Source of the DNA: Pseudomonadota bacterium
GTDB taxonomy: Bacteria > Pseudomonadota > Gammaproteobacteria > Burkholderiales > SG8-39
Direction: 5' to 3'
Assembly: GCA_025352885.1 (NCBI GenBank)
Contig: JANXRZ010000223.1
Coordinates: 33,291-97,290, forward strand
DNA length: 64,000 bases
The notes below the pieces were generated by a model. That model was not told the DNA's origin, ran no database searches, and saw nothing but the letters and a program-made list of their open reading frames with translations. This document shows, piece after piece, positions 8,488 to 18,200 of the stretch. Every line of letters begins with the position of its first letter. Positions within the stretch are counted from its first letter, which is position 1. A program made the translations under genes and the position numbers.

Positions 8488-9465
8488 TCAGCCCGTCTGC
8501 TTCGCGAGCATGCGCTGCCGCAGGCGGTGCTCGATGCCGCCGCCTATGCCGCGAGGCAGGAACATGACGACGAGGATGACGATGGCGCCATAGATCAGCA
8601 CGTCGTAGTCCTTCATCACGCGCAGGTATTCGGGCAGCATCGTGAGGAGGATCGCGCCCAGCAAGCCGCCCCACACGCTGCCCGACCCGCCGACGATCAC
8701 CATCACCACGATCTCGATCGACAGCGTGAAGCCGAAGCTGTCGGGGCTCAGCACCGTCACGTAATGCGCATACAGGCTCCCAGCGAGGGACGCCATGCAG
8801 GCGCCGATCATGAATATCATGACCTTGGTGGCCCACGTGTTGACGCCAACGAGCGCGGCGGCCGTCTCGTCGCCCTGGATGGCGCGCAATGACCGTCCGA
8901 CGCGTGAATCGACCAGGTGAAAGGCGAAGAGCAGCATCGCCCCCACGACCGTCCACACGAGGTAGTAATACGGAAGGTCGCTTGCGATGCGCAGCGACCC
9001 GATCCTGAATTCCGGGATGCCCACCAGGCCCGAAGGCCCGCCGGTGAGCCACGCGAGTTCCACGAACAGGATGTAAAGGATGATGCCGAAGCCGAGTGTC
9101 GCCATGCTGAGGTAGTAGCCCTGCAGGCGCAGCGCAGCGGCACCGATCAGGCCGCTGATCACCGCGCAAATGAACACTGCGGCGATCATCGCAACCCAGG
9201 GATTGAAGCCGTACTTCGTCGTGAGCACGCCCGAGGCATACGCGCCCAGCCCATAGAACCCCGCGTGACCGAGCGAGACCTGCCCCGTGTAGCCCATGAC
9301 GAGGTTGAGGCCGAGCGCGAGCAGCGCATTGATGCCCGCGAGGATGAGGATGCTCAAGTAGTACTTGGTCGGCAGCACCAGCGGGAGCAACGCAATGATG
9401 CAGAGAAACACCGCGAGCGCCGTGCGGTGCGGCAGGCGGTCTACCTGCGAGCGGCTTTTCTTCAT
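8488..9465 (-). CDS. livM: ABC transporter permease (LivM family)
   Basis: 325 aa, strongly hydrophobic multi-pass protein. Position and order match LivH-LivM-LivG-LivF. Confidence 0.8.
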   Translation of the reverse strand: MKKSRSQVDRLPHRTALAVFLCIIALLPLVLPTKYYLSILILAGINALLALGLNLVMGYTGQVSLGHAGFYGLGAYASGVLTTKYGFNPWVAMIAAVFICAVISGLIGAAALRLQGYYLSMATLGFGIILYILFVELAWLTGGPSGLVGIPEFRIGSLRIASDLPYYYLVWTVVGAMLLFAFHLVDSRVGRSLRAIQGDETAAALVGVNTWATKVMIFMIGACMASLAGSLYAHYVTVLSPDSFGFTLSIEIVVMVIVGGSGSVWGGLLGAILLTMLPEYLRVMKDYDVLIYGAIVILVVMFLPRGIGGGIEHRLRQRMLAKQTG

Positions 9466-9466
9466 C

Positions 9467-10348
9467 TCAGGCGCGGCGGCGCGCCGCTTTGCCGAGCAGC
9501 CCCTGCGGGCGCACGAGCAGGACGACGATCAGGAGCAGGAAAGCGATCGCGTCCTTGTAGGCCGACGAGATGAACCCACCGCCGAGCGACTCGAGCACGC
9601 CGAGCAGGAGGCCGCCGACGACCGCTCCCGGGCTGCTGCCCATGCCCCCGAGCACCGCGGCGCTGAAGCCCTTGAGGCCGAGCATCGTGCCGCGATCGAA
9701 CTGCGTGAGCGCCACGGGCGTGATGATGATGCCGGCCACCGCGCCGACCGCCGCAGCCAGCGCGAACGAATAGGCGGTCATGGCCTTGACGTTGATGCCC
9801 ACCAGCGTGGCCGCGAAGCGGTTGGCGGCAACCGCCCGCATGGCTTGCCCGGTCGTCGTGCGATCGAAAAACGCGTGAACCAGCACGACCACGACCATCG
9901 CCGTCCCGATGATCCACAGCGCCTGCGGCAGGAAGCTCGCGCCGAGCACCCGGATCGGCGTATCGCCCGAAAACGACGGCAGGCCGGCCGCGTCCTTGCC
10001 CCACATCAGCATGGCCGAGCCCTTGAGGAAGATCGAGCCGCCGATCGTGATGATGATCATGTTGGTGAGCGACACATGGCGCAGCGGCGCGAGCGTCAGG
10101 CGCTCGAGGAGCAGGCCGATCACGGTGACGATTGCAACGGAACCGGCAAAGGCGGCGATCATCGGCAGCCCGGCGCCGAACAGTGCGACCGCCGTCATGC
10201 CGCCGAGCATCACGAATTCGCCCTGCGCGAAGTTGATCGCCTCGGTTGCCGTGTAGACGATCGTAAAACCCAGCGCGATCAGCGCATAGATGCTGCCCAC
10301 CATGAGCCCGGAGAAAACGAACTGCAGGAGCAGGTCGGTGGTGGTCAA
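9467..10348 (-). CDS. livH: ABC transporter permease (LivH family)
   Basis: 293 aa, hydrophobic. N-terminus LLQFVFSGLMVGSIYALIALGFTIVY is typical of LivH. The TTG start overlaps the stop of the upstream 2Fe-2S subunit gene (TTGA). Confidence 0.8.
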   Translation of the reverse strand: MTTTDLLLQFVFSGLMVGSIYALIALGFTIVYTATEAINFAQGEFVMLGGMTAVALFGAGLPMIAAFAGSVAIVTVIGLLLERLTLAPLRHVSLTNMIIITIGGSIFLKGSAMLMWGKDAAGLPSFSGDTPIRVLGASFLPQALWIIGTAMVVVVLVHAFFDRTTTGQAMRAVAANRFAATLVGINVKAMTAYSFALAAAVGAVAGIIITPVALTQFDRGTMLGLKGFSAAVLGGMGSSPGAVVGGLLLGVLESLGGGFISSAYKDAIAFLLLIVVLLVRPQGLLGKAARRRA

Positions 10349-10824
10349 GGCTTGTCTCTGAGGACCCTGGCCGCCGCCTTCACGGCTTCATGAATGGACA
10401 CGTACCCCGTGCAGCGGCACAAGTTGCCGCTCAACGCCTCGCGGATCTCGTCGTCGGTCGGGTCGGGGTTCTCTTCGAGGAACGCGGTGAGGCTCATGAG
10501 GAAGCCCGGCGTGCAGAAGCCGCATTGCAGGGCGTGCGCCTCGTGAAAAGCCTGCTGCAGCGGATGCAGCGTCTTGCCGTCCGCGAGCCCTTCCACCGTG
10601 CGGATGTCGCTGCCGTCGGCCTGCACCGCGTAAAGCAGGCATGAGCGGACCGCGACGCCATCCATGTGGATCGTGCAGGCGCCGCAGACGCCCTGCTCGC
10701 AGCCGATGTGCGTGCCCTTGAGGCCCAGGGTGTCGCGCAGGAAATCGGCGAGGCTGCGCCGAGGCTCGGCACTCGCCTCAAAGTCCTTGCCGTTCACCCG
10801 CAGGCGGATTGTCCTTTCGCTCAT
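10345..10824 (-). CDS. Molybdenum hydroxylase small subunit, [2Fe-2S]-binding (CoxS/XdhC-type)
   Basis: Starts at [12 protein letters not shown]. Cys clusters [10 protein letters not shown] and CGFCTPG...CRCTGY. ATGA overlap with the FAD subunit gene. Confidence 0.9.
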   Translation of the reverse strand: MSERTIRLRVNGKDFEASAEPRRSLADFLRDTLGLKGTHIGCEQGVCGACTIHMDGVAVRSCLLYAVQADGSDIRTVEGLADGKTLHPLQQAFHEAHALQCGFCTPGFLMSLTAFLEENPDPTDDEIREALSGNLCRCTGYVSIHEAVKAAARVLRDKP

Positions 10825-11696
10825 GCCGCTTCCTTTGCCCGGGCGCACGCCGTGCGCAGCGCGCGCACGACAAGAACGCCCGCCACTTCCTTGCGATACG
10901 TCGACGATGCATGCAGGTCGTCGCTCGGCTCGAGCGTGGACGCGATCTCCTGGCCAAGCGCTTCGAAGGCCTTGTCCGCCGGCATCGAGCCGACCAAGCG
11001 CTTTGCAAAGCTTGCCGCATCGAACGGGAAGGGCCCCACGCCGCCAAGCGCCAGCCTTGCCTCCGCAATGGTGCCGGCGGCAGAGAGCGTCACCTGCGCC
11101 CCGACCGCCACGAGCGCGAAATCGCCGTGCCTGCGGCTGACTTCGGCGAACTCGGCCCCGGTGCGCGCCGGCGCCACCGGGAACCGCACTTCGACAAGGA
11201 TCTCGTCCTCGGCGAGCGCCGTCGTGAGCAGGCCGACAAAGAATTTCGCCGCCGGGATCAGGCGCTCGCCGCGCGGGCTGCGAGCGACCATCGTCGCGCC
11301 CAGCGCGATCGCAACCACCGGCCATTCCGCCGCAGGGTCGGCATGCGACAGGCTGCCGCCGAGGGTGCCGCGGTTGCGAATCACAGCGTGCCCGATGCAC
11401 GGAACGGCACGCGCGATCAACGGGCAGCGTGCTTGCACGAGTCCGGATCGCTCGACGGCGCGGTGGCGCGTCATCGCGCCGATCGCAATCCCGCCGTCGC
11501 GCTCCGCGATGAAGCTGAGCGCGGCGATCCGGTTCAGGTCGACGACCACCTCGGGCCGCAGCACGCGGAAATTCGCCATGGGAACGAAGCTCTGGCCCCC
11601 GGCCAGCAGCTTGGCGCCCGTGCTGTGCTTGCCGAGCAAGGCAATCGCTTCATCGAGCGATTGGGGCGCGTAATAGTCGAAGGCGGCCGGTTTCAT
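10821..11696 (-). CDS. Molybdenum hydroxylase medium subunit, FAD-binding (CoxM-type)
   Basis: 291 aa. MKPAAFDYYAPQSLDEAIALL...LLAGGQSFVP is the typical FAD_binding_5 N-terminus. ATGA overlaps on both sides. Confidence 0.9.
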   Translation of the reverse strand: MKPAAFDYYAPQSLDEAIALLGKHSTGAKLLAGGQSFVPMANFRVLRPEVVVDLNRIAALSFIAERDGGIAIGAMTRHRAVERSGLVQARCPLIARAVPCIGHAVIRNRGTLGGSLSHADPAAEWPVVAIALGATMVARSPRGERLIPAAKFFVGLLTTALAEDEILVEVRFPVAPARTGAEFAEVSRRHGDFALVAVGAQVTLSAAGTIAEARLALGGVGPFPFDAASFAKRLVGSMPADKAFEALGQEIASTLEPSDDLHASSTYRKEVAGVLVVRALRTACARAKEAA

Positions 11697-14023
11697 TGGG
11701 TCGGCGTGTGGGACTGGGCGCGCAGCAGGTCGCGCAGCCGGTTGTGGGTCAGCGGCAGGGTGGTGATCTCGACCCCGAGCGGGGCGAGCGCATCGGCCAC
11801 CGCGTTCGACATGACGGCCGCCGCCGGGACAATGCCCCCTTCACCCGCGCCCTTGGCGCCGAGCGGATTGAGCTTCGAGGGATAGTCCTCGAGCAGGCGC
11901 ACGACGACTTCCTGCGGCAGTTCGCTCGCGGTCGGCACGAGGTAATCCATGAACGTCGTGGTGAGCAGCTGGCCCTGCTCGTCGAACACGAGTTCCTCCA
12001 TGAGCGCACCGCCGATTCCTTGCGCCATCGCGCCCACCAGTTGGCCCGTGACGATCTGCGGATTGATCGGACGGCCGACGTCCGAGGCAATGACGTACTT
12101 GAGAACCTTGACGGCGCCGGTCGCCGTGTCCACCTCTACGGCTGCAGCGGCGGTACCGAACGCATAAGTGGTTTGCGGCTGCCTGAAGGTGTGGGTCACG
12201 TCGAGCCCGCCTTCGAGTCCCGGCGGAAGCGGCGGGCCCGAAGCCACCGTGCGCGCCACCTGCTCGAGCGTGATCGACAGTTCGGGCTGGTCTTCCACGA
12301 AGATGCGCCCTTCGTCGAACACCAGCTTTTCCTTGGGCGTTTCCAGCCGCCATCCGGCCACGGCGAGAATCTTTTCGCGCAGTTCTTTAGAGGCGACATG
12401 CACCGCGCTTCCGCCCAGCACCGCAACCCGGCTGCCCCAGGCACCGACGCCCACAGGAATCACCGACGTATCGCCCCGGCTCACGGTTATGTCGTCGAAC
12501 GCGACACCGAGCGCGTCTGCGCATACTTGGGCGAGGGTCGTATCGACGCCCTGCCCGACCGATGCGGCGCCGGTGTAAACCGTCACGCGGCCCGTATCGC
12601 CGAGCGCGACCCGGGCGTATTCCCAAGCGCCCAGCCCGGAAGGTTCGCAGTAGGACGCGAAGCCGACGCCGATATAAGTTCCATTTTTGCGCTGCTCCGG
12701 CTGCCGGGCGCGAATCCCGACGTAATCGATTTCCTCGAGCGCGCGTGCGAGCGCCGCGCGATAGTCGCCACCGTCATAGACCACCTCGTGGCCATATTCG
12801 TAGGTGCCCACGGCGAACGGCATCTCTTCGGCGCCGATCATGTTGATGCGGCGGATCTCCGCCGGATCCATGCCGAGCCTGGCCGCAACCAGGTTCACCG
12901 CGCGTTCGCGCACGAAACACGCTTCGTACATGCCCGGACCCCGGTAGGACCCGTGCGGCGTCTTGTTCGTCATCACGCACCGCAGCTCGAACTCGAACGC
13001 AGGAAATTTATACGGGCCCGGAAGGCTCGAGACGGTGTGCGTCGGCGCGACCAGGCCGTTGGGCCGGATGTAGGCGCCCATGTCCATCATGATGCGGTCG
13101 CGGAACGCTAGGAATTTGCCTTCTGGTGAGAAGCCGATCTCCACGTCGTGCCACTGCTGGCGCGAATGGTTCGTCGCCATGAAATGTTCCTGGCGATCCT
13201 CGATCCAGCGCACGGGCTTGCCCAGGCGCATCGCAGCCCACGGGACGAGGAAATCCTCTGGGAAGAATTCACCCCGAAAGCCAAACCCGCCACCGACGTC
13301 CGGCTCGACGTAGCGGATGCTTTCTTCCGGCAGCTTGAGCAGGCCCGCCAGCACCTGGCGGGTGCGGTGGATCATCTTCGTGGGACCCCATACGGTCAGG
13401 AGGCCGCTCACCTTGTCATGCGAGGCCAGCAGGCCCCGCGTCTCCATGGTCACCCCGGTGTGGCGGTTGGTCGCGAACGAGGCCTTCAGCCGCAGCGGTG
13501 CTTCGCGCATGGCTTTTTCGACTTCGCCCCGCGCGCCGCCGAACTGGTCGGCCACGTTATTGGCCGCCGGCTCGTGAAGGATCGAAGTGCCTGCCTCCAG
13601 CGCCTTGCGCGCATCGACGAAGGCATCGAGCGTCTCGATTTCCACGTCGATCAGCTCGAGCGCGTCCTCGGCCACATAACGGTTCGTTGCGATGACGATC
13701 GCCAGCGGCTCGCCGACATACCGCACCTTGTCGCGCGCGAGCGGCTTCTGGAAAAAGCGCACCAGCTCGGGCTTGGGAATGATGGTGGTCGGGATGCCGT
13801 CGACGTCCCCGAGATCGGCCGCCGTGTAGACGGCCGCGACACCGGGCAGTGCTCGCGCCCTGGCCGCGTCGATGCTGACGATCCGGCCATGCGCGACGGA
13901 GCTGCGCAGCACGGCCGCCTCGAGCATGCCGGGCTGCGCGAGGTCGCCGACGAAGCGGCCCTCGCCCCGCAGCAGGCGCGCATCCTCCTTGCGCCCGACA
14001 GCCCGCCCTACGTAATTCGACAA
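11693..14023 (-). CDS. Molybdenum hydroxylase large subunit, molybdopterin-binding (xanthine dehydrogenase / CoxL family)
   Basis: 776 aa, TTG start. N-terminus VGRAVGRKEDARLLRGEGRFVGD. The active-site loop region reads GSYRGPG, not the AYRCSFR of true CO dehydrogenase. Confidence 0.9.
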   Translation of the reverse strand: MSNYVGRAVGRKEDARLLRGEGRFVGDLAQPGMLEAAVLRSSVAHGRIVSIDAARARALPGVAAVYTAADLGDVDGIPTTIIPKPELVRFFQKPLARDKVRYVGEPLAIVIATNRYVAEDALELIDVEIETLDAFVDARKALEAGTSILHEPAANNVADQFGGARGEVEKAMREAPLRLKASFATNRHTGVTMETRGLLASHDKVSGLLTVWGPTKMIHRTRQVLAGLLKLPEESIRYVEPDVGGGFGFRGEFFPEDFLVPWAAMRLGKPVRWIEDRQEHFMATNHSRQQWHDVEIGFSPEGKFLAFRDRIMMDMGAYIRPNGLVAPTHTVSSLPGPYKFPAFEFELRCVMTNKTPHGSYRGPGMYEACFVRERAVNLVAARLGMDPAEIRRINMIGAEEMPFAVGTYEYGHEVVYDGGDYRAALARALEEIDYVGIRARQPEQRKNGTYIGVGFASYCEPSGLGAWEYARVALGDTGRVTVYTGAASVGQGVDTTLAQVCADALGVAFDDITVSRGDTSVIPVGVGAWGSRVAVLGGSAVHVASKELREKILAVAGWRLETPKEKLVFDEGRIFVEDQPELSITLEQVARTVASGPPLPPGLEGGLDVTHTFRQPQTTYAFGTAAAAVEVDTATGAVKVLKYVIASDVGRPINPQIVTGQLVGAMAQGIGGALMEELVFDEQGQLLTTTFMDYLVPTASELPQEVVVRLLEDYPSKLNPLGAKGAGEGGIVPAAAVMSNAVADALAPLGVEITTLPLTHNRLRDLLRAQSHTPTQ

Positions 14024-14061
14024 TCGAGCCCCTTGCGCGCTTTAGCCTTGCCCGGCCCGGC

Positions 14062-15204
14062 TCACTTGGTTGCGAGCTTGAACGCCGCCTTCTCCACTAC
14101 GAGCATGCGCATGCTGTCGACGAGAAAGCCGTTGTGGTCGGCAGGCGACGTGGTGTAGATGCCCGCCGCGCCCAGGTGCCCCTTGAGGTTTTCGAGTCCT
14201 GCACGGATCTTGTCCTTGTCGTCGCCCACCTTGGCCATGATCGACGTGACCGCGGAAAACGCGTCGTAGACCAGCGCGCCGAAGGGGCTCGGAGCCTTGC
14301 CGAACTTCTTCTGGAACGAATCGCGGTAATCGAGGATGAGCTTTTTCTGCGGATCGCTGTTTGGGATCTGGTCGATCACGGCGAGCTTGTAGCCGGTGAT
14401 GAACACGCCCTCGATGGCCTCGCCCGAGAGCTGGATCATGCGCTGGCTCTGGAAGGCCGTCGAATGGATCTGGATCGCGTCGAGCCCGATCTGCCGCGCG
14501 TTTTTGACGATGATTGCGCTGGCAGGCGTCGCATTCCAGACGATCACGGCTCGCGCGCCGGCGGCCTTGATGCGCGACAGCTGCGAGGTCATGTCCGAAT
14601 CGCTCGGCCCGAAAGTTTCCCACGCGGCCACCTCGAAGCCCTTGCCGGGCGCCTGGCGTTCGAGCTCTTCCTTGCCACTGACGCCGTAGCCGGTCGAATC
14701 GGCGAGCATGGCGATCTTGGTGATGTTGCGGCCCTTGAGGAACTGGAGCGCAAGCGCGACGGACTGGACGTCGGTGTTGCAGTACTGGAACACCCACTCC
14801 TTGGGCGGCTGCGAGATCTTGCCGCTCGCGGCGGGCGCGAGCTGCGGGACGCGCGCCTTTTCGGTGAAGGGAATCATGGCCAGCACGTTGCCGCTGATGC
14901 CCCCGCCAATGACCGCCGTCACGTTGTCCTGCTCGTGCAGGCGGCGCAGCGCGGCCACCGCCTTGGTTGGGTCCGAGGCATCGTCATAGATGATCATCTC
15001 GACCTTGCGCCCGTTGATGCCGCCCCTGGCATTGAGCTGTTCGGTCATGAGTTCCAGCGTGCTGCGCTGGTCCTCGCCGATGAACGAAGCGCCGCCGGTG
15101 ATCGACAGCACGGCGCCCAACTTGTACGCCTGCTGGGCGAACGCGGGCGCCGACAGGCCGAAAAGCAGTGCGAAAAACGGCAGGATGAACGTAAATCGCT
15201 TCAT
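14062..15204 (-). CDS. Periplasmic ABC substrate-binding protein (LivK / Peripla_BP_6 type)
   Basis: Start taken at MKRFTFILPFFALLFGLSAPAFAQQ (signal peptide), in frame with the 417-aa track ORF. First gene of the SBP / Mo-hydroxylase / Liv permease run. Confidence 0.8.
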   Translation of the reverse strand: MKRFTFILPFFALLFGLSAPAFAQQAYKLGAVLSITGGASFIGEDQRSTLELMTEQLNARGGINGRKVEMIIYDDASDPTKAVAALRRLHEQDNVTAVIGGGISGNVLAMIPFTEKARVPQLAPAASGKISQPPKEWVFQYCNTDVQSVALALQFLKGRNITKIAMLADSTGYGVSGKEELERQAPGKGFEVAAWETFGPSDSDMTSQLSRIKAAGARAVIVWNATPASAIIVKNARQIGLDAIQIHSTAFQSQRMIQLSGEAIEGVFITGYKLAVIDQIPNSDPQKKLILDYRDSFQKKFGKAPSPFGALVYDAFSAVTSIMAKVGDDKDKIRAGLENLKGHLGAAGIYTTSPADHNGFLVDSMRMLVVEKAAFKLATK

Positions 15205-15417
15205 GGAAATCCCCTTGGCAGGCGCTTGAGAAAAGTGACTTGAAAGTTCGCGGATCCGCCACCCGGAAGGTGGCCCGGCATACATCGAATCGCCGACACA
15301 GAATATATCGGACATCCTGCATGTCCAGCAGTTCTTCGATGCGTATATCGCCTCGATTACCTCAAGGCTTATGCAAAAAGCGAATACCGGAAGATGGCCG
15401 GGTTTCGCCGAGGTGGC

Positions 15418-16242
15418 CTAGAACTCAACGCGCAGCACCGAACCGAGCGCGGCAAGAAACCCCTCGAGGTCATCGACCTGCATCTGGTGACCGGCGTTCT
15501 GGACCGTGCGGACATCGATCGCCGGCGCGAGGGTGCGGATTTCCTCGACATCGTTATCCAAAATCACGCCGCCTTTTCCGGCACGGATGAGCGCCATGGG
15601 GATCGTGATGCGGCCGAGATCGGCGTGAAGGTCCTCCTCGTGAAAGCCGCGATGCGCCTCGATGGCTGCGCGTTCGTCACACGTGTGCAGCCATTGCGCG
15701 CGAACACGCAGAAGCGCTTCCGGCCAGGCCGGCATGCCGGGCTTGCGTAACGCAGCCTCCGCTTCCCCACGATTCGCCGCGCGGAGCAATTCGATGACGG
15801 CCGGCAAGGGCGAGGGGTACGCGCGCCGCCCGGGGCCGCTCACCGGCGGGTCCGCGAGCACGATGCGCGAGAAGTCGGCTCCGGCCTTCCGGGCCGCGCG
15901 AACCGCAATGCGCGCCCCCATCGAATGGCCGAGCACGGTTGGCTTTTCCAAGAAGAGCGCTTTTGCGAATGCGCAAAGATCCTCCGCGCACGCTTCGAGG
16001 CCGTAGTCGAGGTGCGGGCCGCTTTCGGACAGTCCCCTCCCGCGTACATCGAGGATATGCGTATCGAAGGCCTTGCCGAGGCGCTCGCCTACGAATCCCC
16101 ACAGCGCGGCCGGGCTGACGATGCCCGGAACAACGATCAGTGCAGGAAGCGAATCGCCCGCGGCATAGCGAAGGTAGTGCTGGCGGATCCCGTTGGCACG
16201 GACGTGCGCGCCATAACGGTAAACGGACGAGCCTTCGGCCAT
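15418..16242 (-). CDS. nicD: N-formylmaleamate deformylase (NicD-like alpha/beta hydrolase)
   Basis: Start MAEGSSVYRYGAHVRANGIRQHYLRY. Colinear with remembered P. putida NicD: ANGIRQHYLRY, DVRGRGLS, GHSMGAR nucleophile elbow, DPPVSGPGRRAYPS, WLHTC. The ATG overlaps the nicF stop (TAATG). Confidence 0.85.
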   Translation of the reverse strand: MAEGSSVYRYGAHVRANGIRQHYLRYAAGDSLPALIVVPGIVSPAALWGFVGERLGKAFDTHILDVRGRGLSESGPHLDYGLEACAEDLCAFAKALFLEKPTVLGHSMGARIAVRAARKAGADFSRIVLADPPVSGPGRRAYPSPLPAVIELLRAANRGEAEAALRKPGMPAWPEALLRVRAQWLHTCDERAAIEAHRGFHEEDLHADLGRITIPMALIRAGKGGVILDNDVEEIRTLAPAIDVRTVQNAGHQMQVDDLEGFLAALGSVLRVEF

Positions 16243-16934
16243 TACCCGGGCGTCCGGATCGCGCCGAGCGCCTTGATTGCGTCGGCTGTTGGCATGACGT
16301 CGGCGTACTTGCTCGCCATGTCGAAAAGGTTGACCGCGTGCGAGGCCTGCGAGCGATCGTAGACCGCGTCTTCTGGCACGAGCGCCTTGAAGTTCAAGGA
16401 GCACGCATCGACGACCGAAGCGCGCACGCACCCGCTGGTCGTGCAGCCGGTAAACACCAATGAATCGACGTGCAGGCCGATCAGGTAACTCGCGAGTTGC
16501 GTGCCGAAAAACGCGCTGGCCTGGAATTTCGGCAGGAGGATGTCGCCCTTCACCGGGGCGATCTCGCGCACGAACTCGTACCCGGCCGCGGGAATGGTCA
16601 TCACGCCCGGCACCTTGCCTGCAAAGGCCCCCCGGTCGTAAGAGGACTTGGGCGCGATATGCGGGTAGAGCACCGGCCAGCCTTTCGCGCGGAAGAATGC
16701 AACCAGCTCCGCGATGCGCGCCACCGCTTTCCAGCCGACTTCGCCGCAGCTCGTCGGGTATTCCTTGAGCGCTTCGCGGATCGGCTTCGGCTGGTGGCCG
16801 ACGGTGCGATATTGCACGTCGATCACGAGCAGCGCGGGCCTTGTCCCGATGCCGGCCGGCGTGCCAAACCCCGCAAGCCGATACGTCTCGCGGTCTGATT
16901 CGGGGATGAGCGCATCCCAGGGGCGTGCGGTCAT
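16242..16934 (-). CDS. nicF: Maleamate amidohydrolase (NicF-like, isochorismatase family)
   Basis: Start MTARPWDALIP. Isochorismatase-family catalytic elements ALLVIDVQ (Asp), LLPKFQASAFFG (Lys) and TGCTTSGCVRAS (Cys). Confidence 0.8.
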   Translation of the reverse strand: MTARPWDALIPESDRETYRLAGFGTPAGIGTRPALLVIDVQYRTVGHQPKPIREALKEYPTSCGEVGWKAVARIAELVAFFRAKGWPVLYPHIAPKSSYDRGAFAGKVPGVMTIPAAGYEFVREIAPVKGDILLPKFQASAFFGTQLASYLIGLHVDSLVFTGCTTSGCVRASVVDACSLNFKALVPEDAVYDRSQASHAVNLFDMASKYADVMPTADAIKALGAIRTPG

Positions 16935-16956
16935 GTCGGCCTCTCCCAAGAAATCG

Positions 16957-18159
16957 TTAGACGGGAACCTGCGTCGCGTCGTAATCGTAAATCCAATCGT
17001 AGCGGGCGCGGGCCTTGCCGGGGTTCCATTGCGATTCGGCGTAGCCTGCCGCGGTCTTCGGGTCCCCGAGCGCCGGATGGTGGAACGTGCGCTGCATGTC
17101 GGCCGAGCCGGCGGCAATCCGCGTGGTCCGGTCGAGCCGCGCGTCCTGGTACTTCAGCAAGGCTTCGGCCGGGTCATTGTATTTTTCGAGGCAGCGCGCG
17201 ATCACGCATGCGTCCTCGATGGCCATGTTCACGCCCTGGCCGAGGTAGGGGACCATCGAATGGCAGGCATCGCCCAGCAGGCTCACGCGCCCGACCGACC
17301 AGCGCGGCAGCGGATCGCGCACGAAAAGCCCCCACTTATGCAGCGACTCCGTGTTCTCGATGATCTCGACCACGTCCGGATGCCAGCCCTTGAAGTCGTT
17401 CACGCACTCGGCCACCGAGCCCTTCTCGGACCACGATTCGAGCCGCCAGTCGCTGCGCTCGACCTGCCCGGAAAACGTCATGAGGTCGGTCGTCTGCCAG
17501 CGTGCCGGATAGACGGTGACATGCGCGGTCGGTCCGACCCACGTGGTGGCCGTGGCCGCCGTGCGGTGATGCCCGCCCAGCCTTTCCATCGGCACGAGGC
17601 CGCGCCACGCCAGCGCATTGGTGAAGCGCCCCGGCGTCTCGCCGAAGGCCTTTTCGCGGACCTTCGAATGCAGGCCGTCCGCGCCGATCATCACGTCACC
17701 AGTTGCAGTCGTTCCGTCGGCAAAGTCGAGGCGCACCTTTTCGCCTTCCTGCGCGAAGCCGGTGCACCGCTTGTTGAGCCGTATCACGCCGGGCTTAAGG
17801 CGGTTCACCTCGTCGATCAGGATTGCGTGCAGCTGCGCGCGCAGCATGACCAGCGGGGCATGCGCGCGGGGTGAACTGCCGCGCTTGTAGAGCGTCCATT
17901 TCTGGCCGGTGTCCCACAAGCGCACCGCGCGCTCTTCCGCTTCGAGGGTCGCCGCGCGCACCTGCGGCTCCAACCCGAGCCCGAACATGACGCGTGCTCC
18001 GTTGATCGAGAGCCACAGTCCCGCGCCGACCTCCTTCAGTTCCGCCGCTTGCTCGTAGACGTCGCAATCGATCCCGCGGGCGAGCAATGAAGCTGCGGCG
18101 GCCAGGCCGCCGATGCCGGCGCCCGCGATGAGGACATAGGGACGGTTCGTGTTTGGCAT
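16957..18159 (-). CDS. nicC: 6-hydroxynicotinate 3-monooxygenase-like class A flavoprotein (NicC-like)
   Basis: 400 aa. GAGIGGL dinucleotide fold. VRLDFADGT..D..IGADGLHSKVRE and LLGDACHSMVPYLGQGVNMAIEDA closely track remembered P. putida NicC. Context is upstream of nicF-nicD. Confidence 0.8.
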   Translation of the reverse strand: MPNTNRPYVLIAGAGIGGLAAAASLLARGIDCDVYEQAAELKEVGAGLWLSINGARVMFGLGLEPQVRAATLEAEERAVRLWDTGQKWTLYKRGSSPRAHAPLVMLRAQLHAILIDEVNRLKPGVIRLNKRCTGFAQEGEKVRLDFADGTTATGDVMIGADGLHSKVREKAFGETPGRFTNALAWRGLVPMERLGGHHRTAATATTWVGPTAHVTVYPARWQTTDLMTFSGQVERSDWRLESWSEKGSVAECVNDFKGWHPDVVEIIENTESLHKWGLFVRDPLPRWSVGRVSLLGDACHSMVPYLGQGVNMAIEDACVIARCLEKYNDPAEALLKYQDARLDRTTRIAAGSADMQRTFHHPALGDPKTAAGYAESQWNPGKARARYDWIYDYDATQVPV

Positions 18160-18200
18160 TCTCAGGAGCGCAGTGCGAAGGATGGAAGGGAGCGTTCTGG

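Noticed and set aside
7694-9169. Over-long track ORFs suggesting fusion proteins: 7694-9169, 10345-11400, 24160-25425, 33136-34521, 36921-38435, 42374-43672, 51986-53953 and 62512-63867
   Set aside because: In each case the recognisable domain starts at an internal ATG/GTG/TTG placed at or within a few nt of the upstream gene's stop. The N-terminal extension overlaps the neighbouring gene in another frame. I trimmed them to the internal starts.
10345-14023. Calling the CoxLMS-like genes aerobic carbon monoxide dehydrogenase
   Set aside because: The large subunit's active-site loop region reads GSYRGPG rather than the AYRCSFR signature of form I CODH. The context (nic genes, importers) points to N-heterocycle or aromatic hydroxylases.
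15213-15228. TGGCAG-GCGC-TTGAG as a possible sigma54 (-24/-12) promoter
   Set aside because: The GG-to-GC spacing does not fit TGGCAC-N5-TTGC. The element also points rightwards, away from the only gene that needs a promoter here.
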